Shown: one piece after another, positions 27,961-39,256 of the stretch
Position numbering within the stretch: the stretch's first letter is position 1
How the letters are laid out: each line of letters begins with the position of its first letter
Origin: Cyanobacteriota bacterium
GTDB taxonomy: Bacteria; Cyanobacteriota; Cyanobacteriia; PCC-6307; Cyanobiaceae
Length of the DNA stretch: 64,000 nt
Direction of reading: 5' to 3'
NCBI GenBank assembly: GCA_046052125.1
Contig: JBJOMY010000001.1
Coordinates: 352,001-416,000, forward strand
Program-made: the position numbers and the translations under genes
Notes under the pieces: model-generated
The model's database searches: none
The model's input: the letters and a program-made list of their open reading frames with translations, nothing else
What the model was told of the DNA's origin: nothing

Positions 27961-29601
27961 GTGCGCGGCAGAGTGCACCCGCTTGAGCACGTGCCTGAGG
28001 CCAAGGCCGCACCCCAACTGCTGATCCTGGCCGAACCGCTCCTGCGCGAAGGGCTGTTCAGGCTGCTCGAGCCCAACCTCAAACTGGCAACCACCAGAGA
28101 AGAGCTCTGCGGCAGCGTTGAGCTGGTGATCTGGAGCAGCAGCGCTGATCTGCCCTTCAGCAGCCTGCAGCGTGAATTGGAGCAGCTGCAGGAGCGCTGG
28201 CAGCCAGCACCCGTGCTGCTGCTTCTCCCCGGCCAAACCCCTTACAGCAGTGAAGACCTGCTGCGCCTGCGCTGCGAGGGCCTGCTGCAGCAAGCCGATC
28301 CCCAGGAGATTCCGGCCGCGGTCACCACGCTGCTGGCTGGTGGTCGGGTGGTGGAGCTGCGCCCCCTGGCGGCGAGCACACCCGCGCCGGAGCCGATCGG
28401 GTTCGGTGCTTGGTTGCTGCGCAGTGGCCTCAGCCAGATCCAGGCCGAACAGCAGCGCTGCCGGCACTGGCTCGAGCACTGCGGTGGTGGTCTGAGCCGG
28501 CTGTTGCTCTTGGGCCGGCTGCGAGAACTGGCCGTCGCTCGGCGCCTTCTGCTCTGGCTCTGGGGCCCGATCAGCATGGCGTTCCCAGAGCCGAGCCAGC
28601 CACAAGCCGGTGGTTCCGCTGAAACACCTCCAGGTGTGGCAATCACCCTGCGCCAGCGCACAGCCGAGGCCGTTTGGCAGACCATTCAGCAACGGCTCAC
28701 GGCAGCCATTGCAGCGGGCGTGTCCAATCAGAGTGGACAGCTCCTCGCCCTCGAGGGGCTCACGGAAGAGCACCGCCGGGATTTGCTCGAGGCACTGATC
28801 AGCCAGCTCGATCTGCTGGTCACCCGCATGCGGCATGAGCAACTCCGCGGCGATGAGCTCGAGCAGCGTTGGTTGCAGCAACAACCGGAACTTCGCCGCC
28901 TCTCCCTGCGGGCCATGGCCGGTGACTATGTGCAGCTGCCGCAGCAGGGTGGACTGCTGCCAGTGGCGGCCAGCCTGATCGAAGCCAGTGAGCTCGGCGG
29001 CCTCGACCCCGATCTGCCCCTGGCTCAACCGATGTTGGCGGCCCTGGTGCAGGCGCAGCCGCTGCTGGTGGAGGGGCGGCTGCTGGCCCCCGATGAACCC
29101 CAGGCGCTGCTGCATCTGGAGTTGTTGATCAGCAATTGGTTGATCCGCAGCGCAGAACTGATCAGCGCCGAAATCCTCAGCTGCTGCAGCAACTGGCCTG
29201 AGCTGCGCCGCTATCTGCTGCGGCCGGATCTGCTGGCCACCCGCAACCTCGAGCGTCTGCGCAACCAGCTCAACTCCCAACAGCGCTGGGGCAGCCTCTT
29301 CGAAAGGCCAGTGCAGCTCTACGAAAGCCGGCGGCTGCTCTACCGGCTCGAGGCTGGATCGATCACGCCACTGCTGCTCACCGAACCGCGGGATGCGGAG
29401 CTGCGTCAACTGAGCTGGAGTCAGCAGGTGATCACCCTGAGCCTTGAGGCTCGCGACGCCCTCGCACCGCAGCTGCAAAGCTTCTTCCGCAGGCTGGGCG
29501 ATCTGGTGGTGGTGGTGCTCACCCAGGTGATCGGCAGGGCCATCGGCCTGGTGGGACGCGGCATCCTCCAGGGCATGGGCCGCAGCATCAGCCGCGGCTG
29601 A
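27961..29601 (+). CDS. DUF3685 (Ycf55-like) protein
   Basis: Pseudo-receiver N-terminus; TRNLERLRNQL, P.QLYES.R and IGRAIGLVGRGILQGMG. Confidence 0.88.
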   Translation: MRGRVHPLEHVPEAKAAPQLLILAEPLLREGLFRLLEPNLKLATTREELCGSVELVIWSSSADLPFSSLQRELEQLQERWQPAPVLLLLPGQTPYSSEDLLRLRCEGLLQQADPQEIPAAVTTLLAGGRVVELRPLAASTPAPEPIGFGAWLLRSGLSQIQAEQQRCRHWLEHCGGGLSRLLLLGRLRELAVARRLLLWLWGPISMAFPEPSQPQAGGSAETPPGVAITLRQRTAEAVWQTIQQRLTAAIAAGVSNQSGQLLALEGLTEEHRRDLLEALISQLDLLVTRMRHEQLRGDELEQRWLQQQPELRRLSLRAMAGDYVQLPQQGGLLPVAASLIEASELGGLDPDLPLAQPMLAALVQAQPLLVEGRLLAPDEPQALLHLELLISNWLIRSAELISAEILSCCSNWPELRRYLLRPDLLATRNLERLRNQLNSQQRWGSLFERPVQLYESRRLLYRLEAGSITPLLLTEPRDAELRQLSWSQQVITLSLEARDALAPQLQSFFRRLGDLVVVVLTQVIGRAIGLVGRGILQGMGRSISRG

Positions 29602-29668
29602 AGCCAGCTCCCCTCCCTGATTCGACAGCGCTGCGGGCCACAATGGCCGCAGCCTTTTCGTCGTCTTG

Positions 29669-30238
29669 ATGCCCGGCCTCCTGGCCCGGTTGCTGAACAC
29701 CCTGGCAGCCCTGGTCCTCTCCGCACTGCTGGCGCTTGGCCTGGCACCAGGTGCAGCCATCGCTGCCCGCGACACCAACAGCTACGACGGCAACATCTAC
29801 GCCCTCTACGCCGGCAACGGCTCGCTGGTGCCGCCCCGCAGCACCCTCGCCGATGCCATGGCGGAGCACCGCCCAATCGTGCTGGGCTACTTCCTCGATG
29901 ACAGCGCCGCCAGCAAGCAATACGCGGTGGTGTTCAACGAATTGCAGCGCCTCTGGGGCCGCAGCGTGGAGCTAATCCTGCTCTCCACCGACCCGCTCCA
30001 GAACCGCGACACCCACGGCCCCACCGATCCCGCCACCTATTGGAAAGGCGTGATTCCTCAGGTGGTGGTGTTCAACACCGAGGGCAAACCGGTGCTCGAT
30101 GAAGCTGGCCCCGTGAGCATCGATGCCATCAATGCCGCCCTCACCGAGGTGACAGGCCTCAAGCCCCAGGGCGACGTGAAGCTCAGCCTCAGCCGCGAGG
30201 TGAACGAACTCAACAGCGAGATCGTGGCCTCCCGATGA
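29669..30238 (+). CDS. Thioredoxin-fold thylakoid protein (photosystem I accumulation factor family)
   Basis: Signal peptide; [19 protein letters not shown]. Confidence 0.85.
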   Translation: MPGLLARLLNTLAALVLSALLALGLAPGAAIAARDTNSYDGNIYALYAGNGSLVPPRSTLADAMAEHRPIVLGYFLDDSAASKQYAVVFNELQRLWGRSVELILLSTDPLQNRDTHGPTDPATYWKGVIPQVVVFNTEGKPVLDEAGPVSIDAINAALTEVTGLKPQGDVKLSLSREVNELNSEIVASR

Positions 30239-31611
30239 GCACCCGCCAGGAAACCGACAGCATGGGCGCCATTGCGGTGCCCGCCGAGCACTACTGGGGC
30301 GCCCAGACCCAGCGCTCGATCACCAACTTCCCCTTCGGCCAGCGCATGCCGCTGGCGATCGTGCACGCCTTCGGCCAGCTCAAGGCGGCCTGCGCCGAAG
30401 CCAACCGCGATCTCGGCAAGCTCGATGCCGATCTCTGCGCGGCGATCGTGGCCGCAGCGGAGCAGGTGGCCCGCGGCGAGCTGGATGGGGAGTTCCCGCT
30501 GAAGGTGTGGCAGACGGGCTCTGGCACCCAGAGCAACATGAATGCCAACGAGGTGATCGCCAACCGTGCGATCGAAGCCCTCGGTGGGGAGCTGGGCAGC
30601 AAGAGCCCCGTGCATCCCAACGATCATGTGAATCTCAGCCAATCGAGTAACGACACCTTCCCGGCGGCGATGCACATCGCCGTGGTGCTGGAGCTGGAAA
30701 CCACACTGCTCCCAGCGGTAGAGCAGCTGGCAGCTGCGCTGCAGGCCAAAGCCACCAGCTATGCGGGTCTGGTGAAGATCGGCCGCACCCACCTGCAGGA
30801 TGCGGTGCCGCTGAGCCTCGGCCAGGAGTTTGGCGGCTACGTGGCCCAGCTGCAGCTGGCCCTGGAGGCGATCCGCCTCAGCCTGCCGCGGGTGCGCGAG
30901 CTGGCGATCGGCGGCACGGCCGTGGGCACTGGGCTCAATGCGCCCAAAGGCTTCGGCGAGGCGGTCGCCGCCCGGCTGAGCGAACGGCTCGGCACCGCCT
31001 TCAGCAGCGCTCCCAACAAATTCCAGGCCCTGGCCGGCCATGAGGCGCTGGCCTCAGCCCACGGCGCCCTCACGGTGCTGGCCGGCAGCCTGATGAAGAT
31101 CGCCAACGACATCCGCTGGCTGGGCAGCGGCCCCCGCTGCGGCCTCGGCGAACTGGTGCTCCCCGAAAACGAGCCCGGCAGCTCGATCATGCCGGGCAAG
31201 GTGAACCCCACCCAGTGCGAGAGCCTCACGATGGTGGCCGTGCAGGTGATGGGCAACAACACCGCCGTGCAGATGGGGGCCAGCCAGGGCAACTTCGAGC
31301 TGAACGTGTTCAAGCCCCTGATCGCCCACAACGTGCTCGAGAGCATCGAGCTCCTGGCCGGCGCCTGCAGCAGTTTCCGCGAGCACTGCATCGAGGGCCT
31401 GCGCGCCAACGAACAGCGGATCGAGCGCTTGCTCAATCAGAGCCTGATGCTGGTCACCGCCCTCACCCCTGCCATCGGCTACGACCGCGCCAGCGGCATC
31501 GCCAAGCACGCCCACAAACATGGTCTCAGCCTGCGGGAAGCGGCGCTGGTGCTCGGGGAGATCAGCGGCGAGGAGTTTGACCAGTGGGTGCGGCCCGAGC
31601 GGATGGTCTGA
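30235..31611 (+). CDS. fumC: Class II fumarate hydratase
   Basis: [47 protein letters not shown]. Confidence 0.98.
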   Translation: MSTRQETDSMGAIAVPAEHYWGAQTQRSITNFPFGQRMPLAIVHAFGQLKAACAEANRDLGKLDADLCAAIVAAAEQVARGELDGEFPLKVWQTGSGTQSNMNANEVIANRAIEALGGELGSKSPVHPNDHVNLSQSSNDTFPAAMHIAVVLELETTLLPAVEQLAAALQAKATSYAGLVKIGRTHLQDAVPLSLGQEFGGYVAQLQLALEAIRLSLPRVRELAIGGTAVGTGLNAPKGFGEAVAARLSERLGTAFSSAPNKFQALAGHEALASAHGALTVLAGSLMKIANDIRWLGSGPRCGLGELVLPENEPGSSIMPGKVNPTQCESLTMVAVQVMGNNTAVQMGASQGNFELNVFKPLIAHNVLESIELLAGACSSFREHCIEGLRANEQRIERLLNQSLMLVTALTPAIGYDRASGIAKHAHKHGLSLREAALVLGEISGEEFDQWVRPERMV

Positions 31612-31629
31612 GCCGCTGCAGCTCACCCC

Positions 31630-33039
31630 CTAGAGCAGGTTCGCCGCCAGCTCCGCCAGTTCGCTGCGCTCACCGCGGATCAGGGTCACGTGGCCGGCCA
31701 ACTGCTGACCCTTAAAACGCTCCACCAGCCAGGTGAGACCGTTGCTCTCGGCATCCACATAGGGATTGTCGATCTGATACGGGTCGCCGGTGAACACGAT
31801 CTTGGTGCCTTCACCCACCCGAGTCACGATCGTTTTCACCTCGTGGGGTGTGAGGTTCTGAGCCTCATCCACCACCATGAACTGCCGCGGAATCGAGCGG
31901 CCGCGGATGTAGCTGATCGCCTCCACCTCCAGCAGACCCATGCCTTTGAGGTCGGTCCAGTTGCTGCGGTTGCCGCGCTGGGCACCGGGACGGCCTGCCG
32001 CTGATCCTCCGCGGGAGGGCCCGCGCCCCTCATCGGCATCACCGCCGCCGAGCAGGAAATCAAGGTTGTCGATGATCGGCTGCATCCAGGGGCCCATCTT
32101 TTCCTCGAGGCTGCCCGGCAGAAAACCGATCTCCTTGCCCAGGGAGATCACCGGCCGCGTCACCAGCAGCCGCTCGTAGAGGTGTTCATCGGCCACCTGG
32201 TGCAGCCCGGCCGCGAGGGCGAGCAGGGTTTTGCCAGTACCGGCCTTGCCCACCAGGGTGAGCAGCTGCACCGCTGGATCCAGCAGTAAATCCAGGGCAA
32301 AGGTTTGCTCGCGGTTACGGGCTCCCACCTTCCCGAGGCGCACCTTGCCGGCGCGCTGCAGTGGCAACAGGCGCTGGCTGGCGGCATCGAATCGGGCCAG
32401 CTGCGTGTGGTTGGGCTGGGCCTGATCCACCAGCGTCACGCCTTCATTGGCCTGCAACGCCACTCCAGCGGCAGCCGGGAGATCAGTGAGAGCCAGGCCG
32501 CCCTCGCTCTTGAGCTGCTCCATCGCCGTGGCGCTGGCCATCAGCTCGCAGACACCGGGGTAGAGGTCGGCGATGTCGACCTTGTCGGTGGTGTAGTCCT
32601 GCGCCGTGAGGCCCACGGCATCGGCCTTGATGCGCAGGTTGGTGTCTTTGGTGACGAGCACCACTGGCGGCTGATCGCTGATCAGCCCGGAGCGCAGCTG
32701 CTCGAGGGCCACCGCCAGGATGTTGTTGTCGCCGTTGCCGCCCTTGAGCTCGGGGGGCAGCTGAGCCAGCGTTTCGCTGCGACAGAACACCACCTGGAGG
32801 GTGCCGCCGCTGCCGTCATCGATCGGCACCCCATCAGCCAAGTTGCCCTTCTCGCGCAGGGCATCGAGCAGCCGCGAGATTTGGCGCGCATTGCGGCCTT
32901 TCTCCGAAGGATCGCGCTTGAAGCGATCGATCTCCTCCACCACCTCAATCGGGATCACCACCGCGTTGTCTTCAAAGCGGGTGAGCGCCTGGGGGTCGTG
33001 CAGCAACACATTCGTATCAAGAACGAAGGTCTTACGCAT
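31630..33039 (-). CDS. PIN-PhoH (PhoH2/YlaK-like) ATPase
   Basis: PIN VLDTNVLLHDP..VTKD.NLR.KA; Walker A GKAGTGKT; IRGRS, DEAQN, GDP.QID. Confidence 0.93.
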   Translation of the reverse strand: MRKTFVLDTNVLLHDPQALTRFEDNAVVIPIEVVEEIDRFKRDPSEKGRNARQISRLLDALREKGNLADGVPIDDGSGGTLQVVFCRSETLAQLPPELKGGNGDNNILAVALEQLRSGLISDQPPVVLVTKDTNLRIKADAVGLTAQDYTTDKVDIADLYPGVCELMASATAMEQLKSEGGLALTDLPAAAGVALQANEGVTLVDQAQPNHTQLARFDAASQRLLPLQRAGKVRLGKVGARNREQTFALDLLLDPAVQLLTLVGKAGTGKTLLALAAGLHQVADEHLYERLLVTRPVISLGKEIGFLPGSLEEKMGPWMQPIIDNLDFLLGGGDADEGRGPSRGGSAAGRPGAQRGNRSNWTDLKGMGLLEVEAISYIRGRSIPRQFMVVDEAQNLTPHEVKTIVTRVGEGTKIVFTGDPYQIDNPYVDAESNGLTWLVERFKGQQLAGHVTLIRGERSELAELAANLL

Positions 33040-33125
33040 CACGGGCCTCCCAAGGAGATAGCGCCACGCTAGGCGGCATTTCCAGCAGCAAGCTCTACGC
33101 TCCCGCAGAACTCAAAGCGCTGGCT

Positions 33126-34304
33126 TTGCATCCTCTGCTCGCTGTGTTGTTGATCGCCGCCCTGATCTTTGGGTTGGCGTTGTTGTGGCTGGAGGCCCGT
33201 CACCGGCTGCGGCCCGCCTCGCCTCTGCGGCTCAGCAGCGGCGGCTGGAAAGTGCAGCGCAGCGGCGACAACGTCCTGCGGGTGAAGGGCAGCATTGCCA
33301 TCACCAATCCTCACCCGCGCATGGAGGTGTTCGTGCCGGAGATCGAGCTGAAACCCACCCTGCTGGGTCGCTCGGCTCTCGATGCGATCTCCATTCAGAG
33401 CCGGATCACCCCACAGCATCCCGATGAGGAGGCCAGAGCCGATGGCTACTGGTTCGCCTACATCGTGAAAGGCCGCAAAACCACCCAGGCCGAGATCAGC
33501 TTGGAGATCACGGGTCCTGAAGGCAGTGACCTACGCCAGCTGCTCGACACCCTCTGGCTGGAGATCCTCTGGACGAACTACGGCCCCTTCGGCCGGCTCC
33601 AACATCGCGATGGCGTGCTGATCCCCCTGCGCCGCCCCGCAGCAGCGCAACCCGGCACTGCGCATTGGCGCAGCGGTGATCGCTGCTCGGTGTTGCCGAT
33701 CCGCACCCATCTGCTCGGCACCCTCGACGATCCCGCCGAAGTGCTGCGCCATTACGCCGGCGCCGTGCTCCAACCGGGCGACGTGCTCACCATCGGCGAG
33801 ACCCCTTTAGCGGTGATGCAGGGCCGCTACAACCACCCCGCCAACCTGCAGCCGTCGTCATTGGCTCGCCTGCTGTGCCGGGTGTTCCACCCCACCAGCT
33901 CCCTGGCCACCGCCTGCGGCCTACAAACCCTGATCGACAACGTGGGGCCCGCCCGCGTGCTCTGCGCCTGGCTGCTCGGCACGGCTCTGAAGTTGGTGGG
34001 CTCGAAGGGCTGGTTTTACCGGCTGGCCGGCGAGCAAGCCCGCCTGATCGACGACGTGACCGGCACCACGCCGCCCTACGACCAGACAATCGTGCTGGGA
34101 CCGGCCGACAGCACAGCGGTGTGCCAGCAACTGGCCGCCGAGCTGGGCGTCGCCGTTGCGGTGGTGGACGTGAACGACCTCGGCCGGGTGAAGGTGCTCG
34201 CCTCAAGCCCCGGTTGCGACGAGGAGCTGCTGATGCGGGCCCTCAAACCCAACCCGGCGGGCAATGCCAACGAACGCACACCACTGGTGCTGGTGCGCCC
34301 ATAA
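33126..34304 (+). CDS. F420-0:gamma-glutamyl ligase-like protein
   Basis: GETPLAVMQGR, FYRLAG.QARLIDD, VVDVNDLG, NPAGNANERTP. Confidence 0.85.
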   Translation: MHPLLAVLLIAALIFGLALLWLEARHRLRPASPLRLSSGGWKVQRSGDNVLRVKGSIAITNPHPRMEVFVPEIELKPTLLGRSALDAISIQSRITPQHPDEEARADGYWFAYIVKGRKTTQAEISLEITGPEGSDLRQLLDTLWLEILWTNYGPFGRLQHRDGVLIPLRRPAAAQPGTAHWRSGDRCSVLPIRTHLLGTLDDPAEVLRHYAGAVLQPGDVLTIGETPLAVMQGRYNHPANLQPSSLARLLCRVFHPTSSLATACGLQTLIDNVGPARVLCAWLLGTALKLVGSKGWFYRLAGEQARLIDDVTGTTPPYDQTIVLGPADSTAVCQQLAAELGVAVAVVDVNDLGRVKVLASSPGCDEELLMRALKPNPAGNANERTPLVLVRP

Positions 34305-34336
34305 CATTGCAGTAGGCCCAGCTCAGGCTGCGCAAC

Positions 34337-35389
34337 GTGTCTCCAGCAGCACCAGCCCAGCCCAGCACCCAGGCGCCCTGCCTGCATGTGATTCCCCTGC
34401 GGGGCTGGCATCTGCCCCTGCTGCAGGACCCCTGTTTCAGCGATCTCCTGCCACTCCTGCAGCGCGCAGTGCTCCTGCAGGCGCCGGAGCGGCTGCTCAA
34501 CAGCCTCACGGCCCGGCCGCCGCTGGCTCCGGATGTGCTGCTGGCCTACCGGGAGCCTCAACAACCGCTTGGCTTGCTGCTCAGCCAACGGCTCAACCGC
34601 AGCGGCAGCTGCTGGCAGCTGCTCCAGTTGCGCAGCAGTGCGGCGAGCCTGAGCGCCGGCGAGGCGGGCCGGATGGCCATCGAAGCGGCCCTGGTTCGTG
34701 AAGCGATCCAACGCAGCCGCGGGGCAGCCAGCTGGATCGCCACCGCCTCCACCAACGACAGCGACCGCCTGGCCCTGCTGCGTCAGCAGGGATTCCAGCC
34801 CCTACGGCGTGAAACCCTTTGGCGCTGGGAGCCGACCCACGCCACCCGCAACCGGGACCTGCCCGCAGATCTGCAACTGCGCCCCCTCAATCGCCGCAAC
34901 GCCGCAGCCATGTGGCAACTGGAGCAAGCGGCCATGCCCGCCCAGCTGCGCCAACTGCTCGATCGCCGCATCGACGACCTGCTCGATCAGAGCGAGCAGC
35001 CCAGCCTGATGCTGTTTGACAACAACCGGCAGCAGGCCGTTGCCGGTGCCCGCCGCCTCAGGCCAGGCAGCCGCGGCCTACCCGAATTGGAGTTGAGCGT
35101 GCATCCAGGCTGGCAGCACCTGCTGGGTGAGCCTCTGCAGCTCCTGCTGGAACGCAGTGCCGGCGACGCTGATCAGCTGCTGGTGCGCAGCGATGTGCTC
35201 GATCAAGAGCGCAGCCACTGGCTTCAGAGCCTTGGCATGGCGCCAGAGGGAGAGGAGGTGGTGATGGCCCGCAGCGTCTGGCGGCGCCATGCACCTCAAC
35301 AAAGTCCGCAGATGGCCCAGCGCCTGGAGGCGGTCTGGGGCAGGCTGCAACCGGGGCAACGCCCCATCCCCACACCCCTAGGCCGCTGA
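34337..35389 (+). CDS. Hypothetical protein (degenerate GNAT-like)
   Basis: 350 aa; LALLRQQGFQPL and MARSVWRR as in the cyanobacterial GNAT family found upstream of ruvX. Confidence 0.8.
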   Translation: MSPAAPAQPSTQAPCLHVIPLRGWHLPLLQDPCFSDLLPLLQRAVLLQAPERLLNSLTARPPLAPDVLLAYREPQQPLGLLLSQRLNRSGSCWQLLQLRSSAASLSAGEAGRMAIEAALVREAIQRSRGAASWIATASTNDSDRLALLRQQGFQPLRRETLWRWEPTHATRNRDLPADLQLRPLNRRNAAAMWQLEQAAMPAQLRQLLDRRIDDLLDQSEQPSLMLFDNNRQQAVAGARRLRPGSRGLPELELSVHPGWQHLLGEPLQLLLERSAGDADQLLVRSDVLDQERSHWLQSLGMAPEGEEVVMARSVWRRHAPQQSPQMAQRLEAVWGRLQPGQRPIPTPLGR

Positions 35390-35869
35390 ATGGGGGCACC
35401 GGCCCCGCGATCCGTGCTCGCTCTGGATGTGGGCCGCAAGCGCATCGGCCTGGCCGGTTGCGACCCACTCGGGCTCACCGTGACCCGACTGCCGGCCTTG
35501 AGGCGCGGGCGTTATCCAGCGGATCTCGAGCTGTTGCGAGGGCTGGTGCAGCAGCGGCGCGTCACGGCCCTGGTGGTGGGCTTACCCCTCGACGCCCAAC
35601 AGGAACCCACCGATCAGGCCGTGCACTGCCGCCGTTATGGCGAACGCCTGGCCCGCCACCTGGATCTGCCCCTGGCTCTGGTGAATGAATACGCCAGCAG
35701 CTGGGCTGCGGGGGAACGGCATGGCCTGCACGGCGACCGCAGCGGAGCCCTGGATAGCGCCGCAGCCGGACTGTTGCTGGAGCAGTGGTTGCAGGAGGGT
35801 CCAGAGCCGGCGCCGGTGGCAGCGTCGGCCCCGGACGTTGGCTCCGGGGCCGACGCCCAGGCATCCTGA
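35390..35869 (+). CDS. ruvX: RuvX/YqgF pre-16S rRNA nuclease
   Basis: LALDVGRKRIGLA..LVVGLP..VNE..SS..DS.AA..LLEQWL. Confidence 0.93.
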   Translation: MGAPAPRSVLALDVGRKRIGLAGCDPLGLTVTRLPALRRGRYPADLELLRGLVQQRRVTALVVGLPLDAQQEPTDQAVHCRRYGERLARHLDLPLALVNEYASSWAAGERHGLHGDRSGALDSAAAGLLLEQWLQEGPEPAPVAASAPDVGSGADAQAS

Positions 35870-35888
35870 AGAGACACAGGATCAACCC

Positions 35889-36455
35889 ATGAGCTCAGAC
35901 GGCCCCAGCATGAACGGCGCCGGTGATGTGCCCACCGTGCTGGTACGCGACGGCGACGGCCGTCAGCTGCTCTGCTTCCTCGAGCAGCTGATTCCGCTCG
36001 ATGGCAAGGATTACGCCCTGCTCACCCCGGTGGACACCCCGGTGTGCCTGGTGCGCATCGCCGCTGATGACGACGGCGACGACGAGGTGATCGACGAACT
36101 CGATGGGGCCGAGCCGATCCTCTCGGTGGCCGATGTGGTGCTGCAGGAGCACGACCTCACCCTGGTGCGTTCCGCCGTGACCCTGACGGTGAGCGGCGAA
36201 CTCGAGGAGCCCGACCCCGAAGAGCTCGATGAGGAGATCGACGCTGACGACGACGAGGAAACCGACCTCTACGAAATGCTGATCCAGTTCCGCGCCGAAG
36301 GCGAGGAATATGGATTGTTCATTCCCCTCGACCCCTTCTTTGTGGTGGCACGCATGGAGAACGGGGAGGGAGTCCTGGTAGAAGGCGAAGAGTTCGAACG
36401 GGTGCAGCCGCGCATCGAGGCTGAACTCGACGAACGCGAACTCGGCGAGCGCTGA
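35889..36455 (+). CDS. DUF3727 domain protein
   Basis: Acidic; YALLTPVDTPV, RSAVTLTV.GEL, PLDPFFVVAR. Confidence 0.9.
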   Translation: MSSDGPSMNGAGDVPTVLVRDGDGRQLLCFLEQLIPLDGKDYALLTPVDTPVCLVRIAADDDGDDEVIDELDGAEPILSVADVVLQEHDLTLVRSAVTLTVSGELEEPDPEELDEEIDADDDEETDLYEMLIQFRAEGEEYGLFIPLDPFFVVARMENGEGVLVEGEEFERVQPRIEAELDERELGER

Positions 36456-36474
36456 GCTCACCCGCACCAGCACC

Positions 36475-36996
36475 GTGACGCAGCTCTCCCTGCCGCAACT
36501 GCTCCAGCCCGACCTGGTGGCCCCAGGCACCCTGGCGGAGCTGCCGCTCCACCAGCTGCTGGCCCAGGGCATCCGTGCCCTGGTGCTGGATGTGGATCGA
36601 ACCCTCCTGCCCAGACACTGCAGTGAGCTGCCGCCGGCCGTGGAGGCATGGCTGCGCCGCGCCCAACAGACCCTGCCGCTGCATCTGTTCAGCAACAATC
36701 CCTCCCGCAGCCGCATCGGCGGGGTGGCCGAGCGGTTGGGGGTTGACTTCACCACCAGTGCCGGCAAACCCCGACGCGGTCCGCTGCGCCGCGTGGTGGA
36801 GCAGCTGGATCTGCCCCATGGCCAGGTGGCGATCGTCGGTGATCGGGTGTTCACCGATGTGCTGGCCGGCAATCGCCTGGGCCTCTACACGGTGTTGGTG
36901 AAACCGGTGAACCCGCAGGGCGAACCCTGCCGGCACGACCACTGGCAACGGCTGGAGGTGCGACTGGCTGAGCTGGCGGGGGCAACGCTCCGCTGA
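36475..36996 (+). CDS. YqeG family HAD-IIIA phosphatase
   Basis: LDVDRTL, SNN, AGKP, VGDRVFTDVLAGNRLG. Confidence 0.93.
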   Translation: MTQLSLPQLLQPDLVAPGTLAELPLHQLLAQGIRALVLDVDRTLLPRHCSELPPAVEAWLRRAQQTLPLHLFSNNPSRSRIGGVAERLGVDFTTSAGKPRRGPLRRVVEQLDLPHGQVAIVGDRVFTDVLAGNRLGLYTVLVKPVNPQGEPCRHDHWQRLEVRLAELAGATLR

Positions 36997-36997
36997 G

Positions 36998-38083
36998 ATG
37001 ACGATGCGCCGGGTCATCAAGGTGGGCACCAGCGTGCTGCGCGGTGCCGGTGGACGCACCACCAACGAGGTAATCGCCGACCTGGCGACAAGCCTTTGCA
37101 GCCTCTGGGAGCGACAGGAGCCGGTGGTGCTGGTGACCAGCGGCGCTGTGGGGCTCGGCTGCACTGCCCTAGGCCACAGCCAACGTCCCAGCGAACTGGA
37201 GGGCCTCCAAGCCGCTGCCGCCGTGGGCCAGGGCCGGCTGATGACGCTCTACGACCAAGCCTTCGCCCGCCATGGTCGGTGCGTGGCCCAGGTGTTGCTC
37301 ACCCGTGGCGATCTGGCTTCCCGGAGGCGCTACCAAAACGCCTGTCGCACGCTCGAGCAGCTGCTCGATTGGGGCGTGACGCCCGTGATCAACGAAAACG
37401 ACACCCTCGCCACCGACGAGCTGCGCTTCGGGGATAACGACACCCTCTCCGCGCTGGTCGCCGAAGCCGTGCAGGCCGATGAGCTGGTGCTGCTCACCGA
37501 CATCGACAGCCTGTATTCCGGCGACCCCCGCAGCGACGCGGATGCGAAGCCGATCGCCGAGGTGAACAGCCTCGCGGAGCTTGAGGCACTCAGTGGCGTG
37601 GCCAAAGGCGGCGGCCGCTGGGGCACCGGCGGCATGACCACCAAGCTCTCCGCCGCCCGCATCGCCACCGCCAGTGGGATCCAGGTGCGCCTGGCCGATG
37701 GCCGTGATCCCGCTGTGCTCGATGCCGTGCTTCAAGGCGAAGCGCGGGGCACGTTGTTTCGTGCCAGTGCCACACCCCTGAGCAACCGCAAGGGATGGCT
37801 CGCCCACGCCCTGTTGCCTAAGGGCAGCATCCGCGTGGATGCCGGTGCCGAGCGAGCGCTCCTGCAGCAGGGCGCCTCTCTGCTGGCGGTGGGCGTGCGC
37901 GCTGTGGAGGGGCAATTCAGCCGCAACGACGCGGTGCGGCTGCTCAGCCTCGATGGGCGAGAGCTGGCGCGTGGTCTCAGTGCCATGGACAGCGAGGAGC
38001 TGGAGCAGCGCAAGGGCCAGCGCGGACTGGTGGTGCACCGCAACCAGCTGGTGCTCACCCCGAACGCAGGCGCACCGGCCTGA
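36998..38083 (+). CDS. proB: Glutamate 5-kinase
   Basis: VIKVGTS, VTSGAV, INENDT, FGDNDTLS, GTGGMTTK and a PUA domain. Confidence 0.97.
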   Translation: MTMRRVIKVGTSVLRGAGGRTTNEVIADLATSLCSLWERQEPVVLVTSGAVGLGCTALGHSQRPSELEGLQAAAAVGQGRLMTLYDQAFARHGRCVAQVLLTRGDLASRRRYQNACRTLEQLLDWGVTPVINENDTLATDELRFGDNDTLSALVAEAVQADELVLLTDIDSLYSGDPRSDADAKPIAEVNSLAELEALSGVAKGGGRWGTGGMTTKLSAARIATASGIQVRLADGRDPAVLDAVLQGEARGTLFRASATPLSNRKGWLAHALLPKGSIRVDAGAERALLQQGASLLAVGVRAVEGQFSRNDAVRLLSLDGRELARGLSAMDSEELEQRKGQRGLVVHRNQLVLTPNAGAPA

Positions 38084-38125
38084 CCCGCCTACGATCCGCG
38101 CGACCACTCGGTTTCCGCGGCTCCC

Positions 38126-39193
38126 ATGCGCTTCAGCCAATTGCTCAGCCACCTGAGCGAAGTGCAGGCCGCGGGCGGCCCCCAGACCCTGCAGCACGGC
38201 CTAGCGAACGACCCGGAACTGCAAAGCGCAGCTGCCCTCGATCAATCCGGCCCTGGTGACCTGAGCTTTCTCGAACCCGGCAACGCCCTGGCGGCAGGCC
38301 TTGCCGCCAGTGGCGCCAGCGCGGTGCTGCTGCCCGCCAAGGGGGATGAAGCGGAAGCGCTCCAGCAGCAGGCCAGCGAGCGCGGCCAAGCCTGGATTGC
38401 CCTGAAGGATCCGCGCCTGGCCTTTGCCGAAGCGTTGGATGCCCTCTATCCCCGCCAAGCCAAAGCCCCCGGCATCCACGCCAGTGCCGTCGTCGATCCC
38501 GCGGCTGTCGTGGGGATGGGCAGCCATGTGGGCGCCCACGTGGTGATCGGCGCCCAGGTGCAGATCGGCTCCAGCTGCACCATCCACCCCAACGTGGTGA
38601 TCTACGACGACGTGCAGATCGGCGACAGCTGTGAGCTCCACGCCGGCGCCGTACTCCACCCCGGCTCCAGGCTGGGGCGCGGCTGCGTGGTGCACTCCAA
38701 CGCCGTGGTGGGCAGCGAGGGGTTCGGCTTTGTGCCCACCGCTCAGGGCTGGCGCAAGATGCCCCAGACCGGCCTGGTGGTGCTCGAAGACGGCGTGGAA
38801 GTGGGCTGCGGCAGCACCATCGATCGGCCCTCAGTGGGCGAAACCCGCATCGGTGCTGGCACCAAGATCGACAACCTGGTGCATATCGGCCACGGCGTGA
38901 GCACCGGCAAGGGCTGTGCCCTGGCGGCGCAGGTGGGCATCGCCGGCGGAGCGCGCCTGGGGAATGGCGTGATCCTGGCGGGCCAGGTGGGGCTGGCCAA
39001 TAAGGCGGTGATGGGTGATCGCTCCATCGCCTCCTCGAAATCAGGCATCCACGGTGAAGTGGCCGCCGGCGAAGTGGTGAGCGGCTACCCCGCGATCCCC
39101 AATCGCCTCTGGCTGCGTTGCTCAGCCGCCTTCAACAAACTGCCGGAGCTGACCAAGGCGATCCGCAGCCTCGAGAAGAGCCGCACCCCCTGA
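38126..39193 (+). CDS. lpxD: UDP-3-O-(3-hydroxymyristoyl)glucosamine N-acyltransferase
   Basis: Hexapeptide repeats, [21 protein letters not shown]. Confidence 0.96.
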   Translation: MRFSQLLSHLSEVQAAGGPQTLQHGLANDPELQSAAALDQSGPGDLSFLEPGNALAAGLAASGASAVLLPAKGDEAEALQQQASERGQAWIALKDPRLAFAEALDALYPRQAKAPGIHASAVVDPAAVVGMGSHVGAHVVIGAQVQIGSSCTIHPNVVIYDDVQIGDSCELHAGAVLHPGSRLGRGCVVHSNAVVGSEGFGFVPTAQGWRKMPQTGLVVLEDGVEVGCGSTIDRPSVGETRIGAGTKIDNLVHIGHGVSTGKGCALAAQVGIAGGARLGNGVILAGQVGLANKAVMGDRSIASSKSGIHGEVAAGEVVSGYPAIPNRLWLRCSAAFNKLPELTKAIRSLEKSRTP

Positions 39194-39256
39194 ACCGCAG
39201 CGCAGCCAACCACTCACGCATCAGCGCGTAGCCTCGCGCCCAGCACCCGCTCGGCC

